Virus record (IMG/VR): IMGVR_UViG_3300008110_010000
Coordinates: 124,001-188,000 of that record
Direction: 5' to 3' (one strand)
DNA: 64,000 bases
Positions within the stretch are counted from its first letter, which is position 1; each line of letters opens with the position of its first letter. Shown here in pieces: positions 8,644 to 18,017 of the stretch. Below the pieces are notes generated by a model. It worked only from the letters and a program-made list of their open reading frames with translations, had not been told where the DNA came from and searched no databases. Position numbers and translations under genes: made by a program.

Positions 8644-9762
8644 ATGATGATTCTAGAAAATTTCAAAGTGTATTCTGAGTGTAAAGATGCACTAATCGAA
8701 TCCTACGGAGATATAGAGATTGCTAAAAAGAAAATGCTTTCTCGGAACTCTGATCTTGATGAATATATTATTGAGGAAAATTTGATTGCAATCAAAGAAG
8801 GACTCGGTGATAAAATTCTTAATTTCTTTTCTAAGATTGTTGGAGGTGATATTAAAAAACTCAGCACAATTCTAGAAGATATGAAATCAGAAGAGACTAA
8901 GTTCATCAGAGATGAACATGAAGCTGAATCCAAATTTTACAAACTTAGCTCTGCTTTAGCACAACTTAAGAAAGATAGAGCAGACAAGACAGAGCAGGAT
9001 GCTATTTTAGTTAAACTTAACAAAGTACAAAAATTAATTAAGGATCTTGTTTCTTCACATAATTCCATAATGGACGATTTGGAAAAATCAGTAGGAATTA
9101 TAATTAAAGACAATAAAAGAAAAACTGAATATTATAATTTAAAAAGAGCTGAAGATTCTGTAGAGACCAAAAAATTAAGAGTAGATTTTAAGAAAAAATT
9201 AATCACTGACGAAGATAGCTCTGAATATCTTTCTGACATTCAAAAGATCCTAGGAAATCCTAAAGATGCTGAGAAGGATCTAGAAAAAGCTCAGGACAAT
9301 TTATCCAAGGAGAAAGACAAAATTGGTGCTTCAGATGAAGTTACCAAAATGCCTTCTAAGAAAATAGAATCAATCCTTGATACGTACCACAAAGAAATAA
9401 TGAAGTCTATCAAAGATATTAAAAGTCATTCAGATGAAAGTATTAGCGTTTTAAAAGATCTTAGAGATAAAGATTCAGCAGATAACTCAGCATATTCTAG
9501 TATGAAGGATATGTTTAACACTAAAAAGGAAAAAGCAGTGGGATTGGTAGAAGTTGCTATTTCTAAAATTGCTCAGGTTAAAACTGAGGAAAATGATAAC
9601 GTCCAAGACAAAAATAAAGCAATAGACTATCTTATAAATATTAAGAATAAGATGTCTAGAATTAGCTACATAAAATGGCCTTCAACAGATCTTGACAAGG
9701 AAAAGGAAAGGATGGATAAAGTAATTCAAAAAATATCAGAAGAATTCCAAAAAGCAGCTTAA
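8644..9762 (+). CDS. Coiled-coil protein, putative internal head protein
   Basis: K/E-rich helical sequence, N-terminus MMILENFKVYSE, internal LIES/IIEE/IKEG sites; stop overlaps the next start. Confidence 0.45.
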   Translation: MMILENFKVYSECKDALIESYGDIEIAKKKMLSRNSDLDEYIIEENLIAIKEGLGDKILNFFSKIVGGDIKKLSTILEDMKSEETKFIRDEHEAESKFYKLSSALAQLKKDRADKTEQDAILVKLNKVQKLIKDLVSSHNSIMDDLEKSVGIIIKDNKRKTEYYNLKRAEDSVETKKLRVDFKKKLITDEDSSEYLSDIQKILGNPKDAEKDLEKAQDNLSKEKDKIGASDEVTKMPSKKIESILDTYHKEIMKSIKDIKSHSDESISVLKDLRDKDSADNSAYSSMKDMFNTKKEKAVGLVEVAISKIAQVKTEENDNVQDKNKAIDYLINIKNKMSRISYIKWPSTDLDKEKERMDKVIQKISEEFQKAA

Positions 9763-10610
9763 TGAAAAAGTATTCCGAATTTATATCTGAAAGCCACATG
9801 AACGAAGGTTTTTTTAAAAATCTAGTAAACAGAGTGGGATCTTTTCTTTCCGGGAGTAAACCTAAAATTCAGGACAAGATCAATAAGATGGTGCAGATAG
9901 AAAAAGACTTTATTGATAAATCGGACGAGCTTAACTATGATATCTTTTATAGTGAATCTAAAAAGATGCAAGATCCTGTGATGATGAATAATGCCAGACA
10001 AAAGGCATTAATGAGTAAAAGAGCTTTAGATGCTATGAAAATAGCAAAAAATTCCGAAATGAATTTTATAATAAAAGAAATTAAAGAAATATGTGGTGAT
10101 GACACATCTTTAATAAACTTTTATCAGAAAAATAAAATTGCAGCGGATTCTCAAATAGCTCAATATGCATATGAAAAGGCAAGAAGATTCAAAGATTATG
10201 AATACGAGAATCAATTTTATAATCAATGGAAAGGGTTAGAAGCAGAATCTAAAAAGTACAAAACCGAAACCCCATACAGGGAAGAAACTTATCTAAGGGA
10301 TGAAGGAAATTGGGGCATGTATGATTTGCCTCTAAGGGAATTTACTAATCAAATTAGCGGACTCCCTAAAGCAGATATTGCTGAGATGCTAGAAGATATC
10401 GCAGCTTTGAAATATGAGATGGATAGGGATTACAAAAAGAAAACAGAAGAGCTTAAAGAACTAAGAGCTATTTCTTACAGATCCGGAGATATTCAAACTT
10501 TTCAAATGGCAAAAAGCAGAAATGAAGATCTGAAAGACGAATACCGCAGAAATAGTAATTCCATAAATCAAAAAATTACCATCTTAAGGAATAGGCTAAA
10601 GAATATATAG
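9762..10610 (+). CDS. Putative internal head protein with T4-type capsid-targeting sequence
   Basis: N-terminus MKKYSEFISE matches the T4 internal-protein signal MKTYQEFIAE at 7 of 10 positions. Shares the EGxxxxIxNxxxxxxxGxxxK segment with the 8644 protein. Confidence 0.55.
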   Translation: MKKYSEFISESHMNEGFFKNLVNRVGSFLSGSKPKIQDKINKMVQIEKDFIDKSDELNYDIFYSESKKMQDPVMMNNARQKALMSKRALDAMKIAKNSEMNFIIKEIKEICGDDTSLINFYQKNKIAADSQIAQYAYEKARRFKDYEYENQFYNQWKGLEAESKKYKTETPYREETYLRDEGNWGMYDLPLREFTNQISGLPKADIAEMLEDIAALKYEMDRDYKKKTEELKELRAISYRSGDIQTFQMAKSRNEDLKDEYRRNSNSINQKITILRNRLKNI

Positions 10611-10627
10611 ATAAAATAAATAAAATC

Positions 10628-12898
10628 ATGAGAAATCCTCTTTTTGAAAGCTTAGTTAATAGGGCTAATTCATATAAAAACCCGTTTCTTAACGAACAGG
10701 ACAAACCTCAACCCGGAACGGTTTTTTCTGATTATGTTAAATCCCTTGCAAAATTAGGTAACGATCTAGCTGCAAACTTTATTATTGCTGTTAATAGCTA
10801 TCCAGAGCCATCTAAGTTTAAAGATGAGTATATTGCAAATTTACCAGCAAAAATTCAAGCAGCAGTTGATGCTATTGATACTAAAAAAACAATAGGACCA
10901 CAATTAGAAGATTTTTATAATGCTTTAAGACAAGAGGTAAACAATTTTTTAAGTGCATCTAAGGGTGACACAGAATATGTTAATCTACTAGATGAATGGA
11001 GAAAAAATCTTTCCTCCGGTTTTAAAAATTACAAAGTAGCAATTGATAAAGCTATGGTTTATGTTAAACAACAGGACGAATCAGGACAAGCCAGAATGGA
11101 AGATTCTGACTGGGAGTTGTTAAAAAAACTTGTTTCTGGAGGCTTAGCAAAGCTTAAAGACGAAATGCAAACAAAGGCAACATTAGCAGGGGAAAGTAAG
11201 TCCTTTATTCCGGAAGAATTTTCAACTAGAGGCCAAGTTATGGAACAACTCATCCATAATAAAATAGCTATCGATTTTAATTCTTTTAATAGGATAGTAA
11301 ACGAGGCTAAAGAAGATAGGGTTGCTAGAAGAAATGCCAGGGCAGAATCTGCTAGAGTTGAAACCTTAGAAGGATCTGTTAAGGGGGTTCTTGAACTTAT
11401 AGCAATGAGATCTGGTGATCCCTCCAAGAAGAATTTTAAATCCCTAGCAATGAACGGAGAATTTGTCTCCCTTATAAAGAGCGTTGCCGAGGTTAGAGCA
11501 GAATTATCAGTTGATGACGAGCAGAAGAAAGATATAGATTTTAAACAGGTCGGTAAAACAATTTCGAATTTAGAATCTCTATTCAAATCTAAAAAAGATG
11601 CTTTTGATAAAGCATACGATGAGGAATCAAAGACTCTTAGAAGTTTTAAAACACTATCAATTGCAACCCCTGAAGTCGAAAAATACAAACAAGATGGTGA
11701 TAACGCTTTTAGCACACTTCCTATGCTTTCTCAAAATGCTGCCAATCAAGCTGCAATAGAAAGAAAGAAACCTAAACCAACAGGAGATTCAGGTACTGCA
11801 GGAACAGCAGGAACAGCAGGTAGCGCTGGAGCTTCAGCACCTTTTAAATTAGAAAATACTGTTAAATATGATGCTAAAAAGAGGGGGAGTGTAAATGATG
11901 ACGTTAAAAAAGTTCAACAATTAATTATCGATAAAATCGGAAAGTCAAGCAAGGGAAAAGACAGTGAACTTTATAAGAAATTTTCCAAGTATGGGGCAGA
12001 CGGAAAATTTGGACAAAACACAGGAAATCTTATATCCTCTATTAAGGCAGGATTGGGATTAAAGGATACTTCTTCTGATATTACCCAAGAATTAGTGGAT
12101 AAACTTTCCTCCGAGGTATTTGAATCACTTTACTCTGTTAGAGAGAACTTCGATTGGGATGCATATACCGCAAAATCAAATTCTTTCTCTTCGTCGGGTT
12201 CTAAATCGGGATCATCGGGATCTGGATCAGGAGGAGAAAAAAAATCCAGCACTTTTAATTGCATTAGGTCTGCAGACAACACAACAAAAATCTCGGGAGG
12301 TAAGGCAACCATAGAAAGAGAAAATAAAAACAAGCACACTTTTAATGCAGATGGGACTTATTCTTTTTTCTATGCATCAAAAAACGAAACACTTAAAGGA
12401 ACATGGAAATGCACCCCAGAGGGATTTGAAGCTTATACAGATTCCGATAAGGACACGTTCTACGGAACACCAGGAGTAATGGACTGGAAAAGTAACATGG
12501 ACCAAGCTGAGAAAGCAAAAGCAGACGCAGTGGCAAAAGCAGCTGCAGATCTTCAAGTTAAGGCGGGTGAGATATGTAAAAAGATTTTAGTTAAGATGTC
12601 CGGAGCAAACGAGAGAGAAGAAGAGGCTGCTGCAGTATTTAGAGACGAGGTCACAACTCCAGAAATGTTTAAAGCGGTCGAGACCTTTTGGAATAATAAA
12701 TGGTGGCCTTCACAAAGACAAATGATGAATGCTCCTTCTTATTATAATAAAATGTCAGTGGACGAAATAACGAAATTTATGGAATATAAAAAGGATAAAA
12801 GTGGATTCGGATTAAGAAACCTAGTTCAATTTTATTTTGACAACTCTCAAAAAGCCTTACTGAATGGATACCTTCCATCAGGGGTAAAGAAGTTCTAG
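10628..12898 (+). CDS. Large putative virion/internal protein with peptidoglycan-binding-like domain
   Basis: DDVKKVQQLI...GADGKFGQNT...IKAGLGL (PG_binding_1-like), GTAGTAGTAG and SGSSGSGSGG linkers, N-terminus MRNPLFES. AATATATA variant at 10602-10609. Confidence 0.5.
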   Translation: MRNPLFESLVNRANSYKNPFLNEQDKPQPGTVFSDYVKSLAKLGNDLAANFIIAVNSYPEPSKFKDEYIANLPAKIQAAVDAIDTKKTIGPQLEDFYNALRQEVNNFLSASKGDTEYVNLLDEWRKNLSSGFKNYKVAIDKAMVYVKQQDESGQARMEDSDWELLKKLVSGGLAKLKDEMQTKATLAGESKSFIPEEFSTRGQVMEQLIHNKIAIDFNSFNRIVNEAKEDRVARRNARAESARVETLEGSVKGVLELIAMRSGDPSKKNFKSLAMNGEFVSLIKSVAEVRAELSVDDEQKKDIDFKQVGKTISNLESLFKSKKDAFDKAYDEESKTLRSFKTLSIATPEVEKYKQDGDNAFSTLPMLSQNAANQAAIERKKPKPTGDSGTAGTAGTAGSAGASAPFKLENTVKYDAKKRGSVNDDVKKVQQLIIDKIGKSSKGKDSELYKKFSKYGADGKFGQNTGNLISSIKAGLGLKDTSSDITQELVDKLSSEVFESLYSVRENFDWDAYTAKSNSFSSSGSKSGSSGSGSGGEKKSSTFNCIRSADNTTKISGGKATIERENKNKHTFNADGTYSFFYASKNETLKGTWKCTPEGFEAYTDSDKDTFYGTPGVMDWKSNMDQAEKAKADAVAKAAADLQVKAGEICKKILVKMSGANEREEEAAAVFRDEVTTPEMFKAVETFWNNKWWPSQRQMMNAPSYYNKMSVDEITKFMEYKKDKSGFGLRNLVQFYFDNSQKALLNGYLPSGVKKF

Positions 12899-12961
12899 CT
12901 GTAATGACATTTTAATAAATACGGAATTTTTAGTACTTTTAGGGATATAAATTTAAAATTT

Positions 12962-13501
12962 ATGTCCCTTTTTGTTGTAGAGGGAGCCAGAAAGTCAGGT
13001 AAAACTTTTTTTGTCAGCTCCCAAAATACCTTTCCAGTTTTTAAGTTCGATTTTAACGGAGCTTATACAAATTTAGAACTCCCAGAGGGTGGAGAGATAA
13101 CTCATGGTATCGGATTAGGCAAGGAATTAATGGTTCATCAATTGAATAGAGATTCTTTTTTACCCGATTTAATCATGGATCGGGGGGTAATTACCAATTC
13201 CGTCTGGGGAATACTTAACAACCGGGTATCCCGCGATACAGTTTATCAGGAATTGGCTTACATGGTAAAAAATAATCTTTTTAAAGATGTCTTTTTCTTT
13301 TATGTTTATGGAACATACCAAGGAGAAAGAAAAAAAGACGTTTGGGACCACATGGATAAAATGATCCCGAAGGAAATAGAAATCTTTGATGAGATCATAG
13401 CTTATCTTTCGTTAGCCGGTGTTAAGATTCACAAGGTTGAAAACAAGTTTGATCTTGAATCGCTATCCGGATTTCAGACTATAATTAAGAACTTAAAATA
13501 A
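12962..13501 (+). CDS. P-loop nucleoside-monophosphate kinase-like protein (dNMP/thymidylate kinase fold)
   Basis: N-terminal Walker A VVEGARKSGKT and a DRG motif (IMDRGVITNSVWG) as in dTMP kinases. Confidence 0.65.
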   Translation: MSLFVVEGARKSGKTFFVSSQNTFPVFKFDFNGAYTNLELPEGGEITHGIGLGKELMVHQLNRDSFLPDLIMDRGVITNSVWGILNNRVSRDTVYQELAYMVKNNLFKDVFFFYVYGTYQGERKKDVWDHMDKMIPKEIEIFDEIIAYLSLAGVKIHKVENKFDLESLSGFQTIIKNLK

Positions 13502-14919
13502 TGTGCGGAATACTAATTGCTCATAATCCCTCAGAGGAAAGGATAAAATCCATTTCTCATAGAGGTATTGAATATTACACTCATTCAGATGCTTCTGGAC
13601 TGACTCTATGCCACCATAGATTGCCTATTCAGACTGCAGTTGGTGACGGCTGGATTCAGCCAGTAGAGTTATCTAATAACCGTTATCTCCTATTTAACGG
13701 GGAAATTTTTAATTACCCCTTACATTATGGATCAGATACAGAATACCTCAAAGATCTTTTTAGTACCTTTGAATTTTCCTCCTTGGAGATGTTTATCTCT
13801 CTATATGAACCACATATTAAAAGCTGGGATGGGTTTTGGGCTATTTGCTTGGTTGATATGTCCAAGAAAGATGTGATTTGCTTTACAGATCCTCTAGGTA
13901 AGAAGTGCCTTTATACCAACGAATTAGGTGAGATCTGTTCAGAGATGAAAGGTTTACTGAATGAAAATTCTATAATTAGCTCAGGATTTATGGGCGGTGT
14001 GAGGAAATGGGGGTATGTTGCTAACGAATCTACCCCCTTCGAAAACGTCCAAAAATTAAAACCTAATTTCATCTACAAATGGAATTTTAATGCTCCGGAC
14101 TTTAAGCAAGAATATGGTCCTTATTTCGCATTTAAACCCCCCAAATTTCAATTTGATTCTGAAGACATGTTACTAGATTGGGTTTGGAATAAACTCGAGC
14201 TGGCAACAAAAAACAGGCTATTAAGCTTGGATTATCCTATCTCCATCTTACTATCCGGTGGATTGGACTCTTCTATCATAGGAGGGTTACTTCTTAAACT
14301 TGGGGCAGATGTTAGCTGGTACACTATCAATAATGGTCCAGATGACGAATATGTTAGAGAATGCGAGGATTACTGGGGAATAAAAGTAAATCGCCTAGAA
14401 TACAACATGAATGAGGTAGATTTAGATCTAAACGAGATTTATTTTAGGTGGAACGAATCCCCCGTTGATATGGGAAGTGTGGTACCCCAATATCATCTCT
14501 TTGATGCTATTAAAAAAGGAACAAATACCAGAATAGTTTTATCCGGTGATGGGGCGGATGAAATGTTTGGGGGGTATCGGAGAATAAACGAATATGATTC
14601 CCAGCAATCCGATATTTTCCATGAACTCACATATTATCACCTTCCTAGATTAGATAAAATGAGTATGGCACATACTTTGGAGTTAAGAAACCCGTTTTTA
14701 AATTTAGAACTAATTCAGCTTGCAATGTGGCTTCCATTTGAATACCGGAAGAATAAGACAATTTTGAAAAAAACTTTCAAAGGGCTAGTTCCAGATTCTG
14801 TTATAGAAAGAAAGAAACATCCTTTAAAGAACGACAAAATAGTAAAAGATCCCAATGATTATAGGGTTGAAGCTATTAATTACTTTGTAAAGGGATACGA
14901 AAACTATCTTTTAAAATAG
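13501..14919 (+). CDS. asnB: Asparagine synthetase B-like glutamine amidotransferase
   Basis: Ntn Cys at MCGI, HRG, HHRL, FNGEIFNY; synthetase SGGLDSS, SGDGADEMFGGY, RLDKMSMAHTLELRNPFL. Confidence 0.92.
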   Translation: MCGILIAHNPSEERIKSISHRGIEYYTHSDASGLTLCHHRLPIQTAVGDGWIQPVELSNNRYLLFNGEIFNYPLHYGSDTEYLKDLFSTFEFSSLEMFISLYEPHIKSWDGFWAICLVDMSKKDVICFTDPLGKKCLYTNELGEICSEMKGLLNENSIISSGFMGGVRKWGYVANESTPFENVQKLKPNFIYKWNFNAPDFKQEYGPYFAFKPPKFQFDSEDMLLDWVWNKLELATKNRLLSLDYPISILLSGGLDSSIIGGLLLKLGADVSWYTINNGPDDEYVRECEDYWGIKVNRLEYNMNEVDLDLNEIYFRWNESPVDMGSVVPQYHLFDAIKKGTNTRIVLSGDGADEMFGGYRRINEYDSQQSDIFHELTYYHLPRLDKMSMAHTLELRNPFLNLELIQLAMWLPFEYRKNKTILKKTFKGLVPDSVIERKKHPLKNDKIVKDPNDYRVEAINYFVKGYENYLLK

Positions 14920-16377
14920 ATCTATACCTGCTGTAGAATCTCCCTTAGCTTTAAGAGGAGAATATTTCATAGGTTCTTGTGTCAGCAAGAAAGTTTTACT
15001 TGAATCTACTATTAGGCCAGCTTCCTCCATAAATGTTCTGTTAATTAACATCGGGGTGCTTTTATAGGTTCTATCCACTAGAGAAAATTTTATCTTCTTA
15101 TAGACCATTCCATTGAATTCTACATCCATGAGAATTACTGGTCTCTTCTCTGTTTGATCACCAACCTCAGCATGAGAGTAATCTACTATTCTGTTACTAA
15201 AGGATTTACCCCCAATTGTCCAATTTATAAATTCATCCTCTTGGATTGAATAGTCTGCATGTAAAGAACATGCCATTGCTCCGTTCCCGGTGTCAAGTTT
15301 ACCTATAAATTTACCAACACCTTTTACATCAAAGATCTCTCTAAATCCTGCTACTTTTCTTGGATAGTTCCAGTTCTTTTTATTTAAGATGAAATCTAAA
15401 ACTATTGATGTGACATCTAAACCTGTTGCTTTTTCTATGCCATCAGTTCCGGGAGATGCATTTACCTCTAGAACATAAGGTAAACCTGTATCCTTTTCTA
15501 TGATAATATCAACTCCACACCAGGAACATCCAGTAGCTTTTGCTGCTTCTATAGCAAGATGTTCTATTTCTGGAGATATTTCGATAGCTTCTGCTCTGCC
15601 GCCTAATGAGACATTGGTTCTAAAATCTTTTTCAATCTTGATCCTTTTCATTGCAGCTATAACCGTATAATCAGTTCCCGTTCTCTCGTTCTTGGTCCCA
15701 AGTACATGGATTCTCAGGTCGTGGTCCGCTTCAATTTTTTCTTGTACAATAAGCTCAGTATCCGGTGATAATTTCCAAATTGTTTGTAATGTAGAAAGTA
15801 AAGATTCCTGTGAATCTGCCTGAAATACACCTATTCCCTTTGTTCCGCTGAGGAGCTTTACAATTACCGGATATTTTCCTCCTATTCTAGAAACGGAGCT
15901 TTCGATATCTTCCTCCGATGATATAAGAGAAGTTTTTGGCGTTGATATTTTTTTCTCTTGAAGTTTTTGAACTGTATCTAATTTATCTTCACAAAGAAGC
16001 ACAGATTTTAATGAGTTTACTGAAACAAAGCCCAGAGATTCTAATTTCTCAAAGAATTTAACAGCAGCGGTGGAGTTTATGCTAGATCTTCTAGCAAGAA
16101 TGATGGAGCTTTTAGGTTCTATTTCATACTTGTTTTTACTTCCTTTATTTCTTATATAAAAGCTTCCAGATTCTGTTTTTTCTATTTCCCCTTGTGATGT
16201 ATCAACAACAACACATTTAAAGTTCATAGCAGAGGATTTAGCCATCATTTTTTTAACAGTTGGGGCATATGAGTTTTCTTTGGACTCTAGCTTGGTTGTT
16301 AAAATTATTAAAGATATTGGTTTCCCTTGATTTGGTTTACCCCCCTGAAATACGAATTCTTCTTGTTCTGTAATCAC
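14911..16377 (-). CDS. RimK-family ATP-grasp ligase fused to C-terminal RimK-associated aspartic-protease-like domain
   Basis: EDKLDT, YPVIVKLLSGTKGIGV, IVQEKI, DLRIHV, DFRTNVSLGG, GVDII, VLEVNASPG; C-terminal GKLDTGNG and LINRTFM. Confidence 0.88.
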   Translation of the reverse strand: MITEQEEFVFQGGKPNQGKPISLIILTTKLESKENSYAPTVKKMMAKSSAMNFKCVVVDTSQGEIEKTESGSFYIRNKGSKNKYEIEPKSSIILARRSSINSTAAVKFFEKLESLGFVSVNSLKSVLLCEDKLDTVQKLQEKKISTPKTSLISSEEDIESSVSRIGGKYPVIVKLLSGTKGIGVFQADSQESLLSTLQTIWKLSPDTELIVQEKIEADHDLRIHVLGTKNERTGTDYTVIAAMKRIKIEKDFRTNVSLGGRAEAIEISPEIEHLAIEAAKATGCSWCGVDIIIEKDTGLPYVLEVNASPGTDGIEKATGLDVTSIVLDFILNKKNWNYPRKVAGFREIFDVKGVGKFIGKLDTGNGAMACSLHADYSIQEDEFINWTIGGKSFSNRIVDYSHAEVGDQTEKRPVILMDVEFNGMVYKKIKFSLVDRTYKSTPMLINRTFMEEAGLIVDSSKTFLLTQEPMKYSPLKAKGDSTAGIDLF

Positions 16378-16394
16378 TACCTTATTTGTTTATC

Positions 16395-16431
16395 TATATA
16401 TCAACGTTTCCCCTGCAAGAAGAGATATATA
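16395..16431. promoter_or_regulatory. Back-to-back divergent GATATATA motifs
   Basis: TATATATC at 16395-16402 (minus-strand motif facing RimK) and GATATATA(AATA) at 16424-16431 facing ATG 16447. Confidence 0.7.
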
Positions 16432-16446
16432 AATAAAAAAGTAAAG

Positions 16447-17100
16447 ATGAAGGTACTAAGGTATTCGGAATTTAGTTTAAACGAATCTCATGAGGAGTAC
16501 TTTAAGCTCTTAGAAGGACTAGATGCTCATTATCAAAACATGGTTGAAAATGGATATAGTCAGAATCAGATCGATGAGGGTATATGGGATTTAGTAGGAT
16601 CACTAGGTGCAGGATTTACTGACCGAATGAAAAACTATGCTGCTGGATGGCTTTTGAAGCAATTGGGTCTTCCCTCAGATAACAACTTTTTAAGTGAATT
16701 TGCAAAGAACATTATCGAACAAGTAAGTTTTAGAAATATAGGAAGATATTTCGGAGAAGGATCCTGTAAATATTGGATAGATGCCATCGGAAAAGGACTA
16801 TTGGAGACACTAGAAGAAAAAGCGCTTGCCGTTATCTTATCCAGAGGAATTGGAATAGACATTAACATGAGCGGAGGTTTTATGGGAACACTTGCCGGAT
16901 CAATGAGAGAGGCTTTAACTAATTATATAAACTCAACACAATTTGTGGAATCTTTGAGTGATAAACTTGAGGGTGTAGTTTGTGGTCAGGGAACTTCTTT
17001 TACCAACATATTCGGAGGTAAATTCTCAGAAAAAGATATAGAAAATGCTGCTATGGGAAAAGAGAAAAGCGGCGGTATTCTGGATATATTAGGTATATAA
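16447..17100 (+). CDS. Putative internal head protein (start revised to ATG 16447)
   Basis: MKVLRYSEFSLNES N-terminus directly after the promoter motif. The longer 16327 start would overlap the divergent RimK gene. Gly-rich amphipathic segments. Confidence 0.55.
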   Translation: MKVLRYSEFSLNESHEEYFKLLEGLDAHYQNMVENGYSQNQIDEGIWDLVGSLGAGFTDRMKNYAAGWLLKQLGLPSDNNFLSEFAKNIIEQVSFRNIGRYFGEGSCKYWIDAIGKGLLETLEEKALAVILSRGIGIDINMSGGFMGTLAGSMREALTNYINSTQFVESLSDKLEGVVCGQGTSFTNIFGGKFSEKDIENAAMGKEKSGGILDILGI

Positions 17101-17110
17101 TACTTTAAAA

Positions 17111-17371
17111 ATGCATACAAAAGACATAAAAAAGAGAGAAGTATTAGACTTTAAGCAATTTCTTAAAGTTGTAAACGATCCATGGAATTCCAAAAATTTT
17201 AACAAAGAAGTTAAAAACAGGTCTCCATTTCATAAAATAAAGCCAGAACAGCCTTATGATTATGTGGGATATAAGGATGGTGTTTTTAATCAAACTTCTA
17301 AAATAGACTATCCAGGAAAAGGATCTCAGGAGTCTGGAATGGCATCCAATATGGGTGATGCAACTGAATAA
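17111..17371 (+). CDS. Small hypothetical protein (VLDFKQFL motif)
   Basis: ORF with A-rich leader between virion-type genes. Confidence 0.5.
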   Translation: MHTKDIKKREVLDFKQFLKVVNDPWNSKNFNKEVKNRSPFHKIKPEQPYDYVGYKDGVFNQTSKIDYPGKGSQESGMASNMGDATE

Positions 17372-17385
17372 TTTCCAGAAAAAAA

Positions 17386-17393
17386 GATATATA
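17386..17393 (+). promoter_or_regulatory. Putative late promoter motif GATATATA(AATA)
   Basis: Exact motif 17 nt upstream of ATG 17411; includes the T4 late consensus TATAAATA. Confidence 0.7.
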
Positions 17394-17410
17394 AATAAAA
17401 TACGAATACA

Positions 17411-17944
17411 ATGGAAAAAAAGATATTAAGTTTTGAAGAGTTTTCTAAGCGATATGCAGAAGGAACTCTCGACCAAGATCTTCCACAAGAAGAATCACCA
17501 GAAGATGATTCAATGGATTTTGACGGTGGATCTGATGATGTAATGGGAGATGAGGAAACTGAAGAAGAAAACGAAGAAACTGAAGGTGGATCCGAAGATG
17601 ATTTTGAAATAGGCGGGGAAGATACCGAATCTGAAGAAGATACCGAATCTGACGAAGACGAGGAAGATATGGGAATGGATGATGAAGAAGAGGAGCAAGA
17701 GGAAATGGAAGAGTCTGAAGAAGATGCATTCGAGAGAGAGGTTCAAGAATACAATGAAGAATACGACTTCGAAGAAGACGAGAATTTAGAAGAGGAAATG
17801 GACGAAGAAGAAATGGAAGGTGGAGATCAAGAGGATATGGATTGGGATCATGAAATGGGCATGGAGGAATCCGATGAAATGGAAGAGGAAGAAGAAGAAT
17901 CAGAGGAAATTTCAAATCCAGCTTTCAATAAATTTTTTAACTAA
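17411..17944 (+). CDS. Extremely acidic low-complexity protein, putative prohead core/internal protein
   Basis: Roughly half D/E. N-terminus MEKKILSFEEF, C-terminus NPAFNKFFN. Own promoter motif and terminator. Confidence 0.6.
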   Translation: MEKKILSFEEFSKRYAEGTLDQDLPQEESPEDDSMDFDGGSDDVMGDEETEEENEETEGGSEDDFEIGGEDTESEEDTESDEDEEDMGMDDEEEEQEEMEESEEDAFEREVQEYNEEYDFEEDENLEEEMDEEEMEGGDQEDMDWDHEMGMEESDEMEEEEEESEEISNPAFNKFFN

Positions 17945-17965
17945 TAAGCATTAATAATACAAGCG

Positions 17966-17998
17966 AAGGGATCAATTATTTGATCCCTTTTTCTTTTT
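17966..17998 (+). terminator. Rho-independent terminator
   Basis: AAGGGATCAA-TTAT-TTGATCCCTT followed by TTTCTTTTT. Confidence 0.88.
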
Positions 17999-18003
17999 AT
18001 AGT

Positions 18004-18011
18004 GATATATA
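18004..18011 (+). promoter_or_regulatory. Putative late promoter motif GATATATA
   Basis: Exact motif between the terminator and ATG 18018. Confidence 0.65.
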
Positions 18012-18017
18012 AAACAA

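Noticed and set aside
11059-11715. Long antisense and alternative-frame ORFs in the track (for example 11059-11715, 17445-17915, 37612-38109, 41008-41493)
   Set aside because: They lie wholly opposite well-supported genes, lack motifs, and are expected shadows of biased codon usage.
12947-12963. 17-bp palindrome ATAAATTT-A-AAATTTAT over the kinase start
   Set aside because: It is composed only of A/T in an AT-rich genome and is likely chance.
16327-16446. Track start at 16327 (and 28922 for the 28985 gene)
   Set aside because: The extensions overlap a divergent gene or promoter region; downstream ATGs have A-rich leaders, and ATG 16447 also has the promoter motif just upstream.
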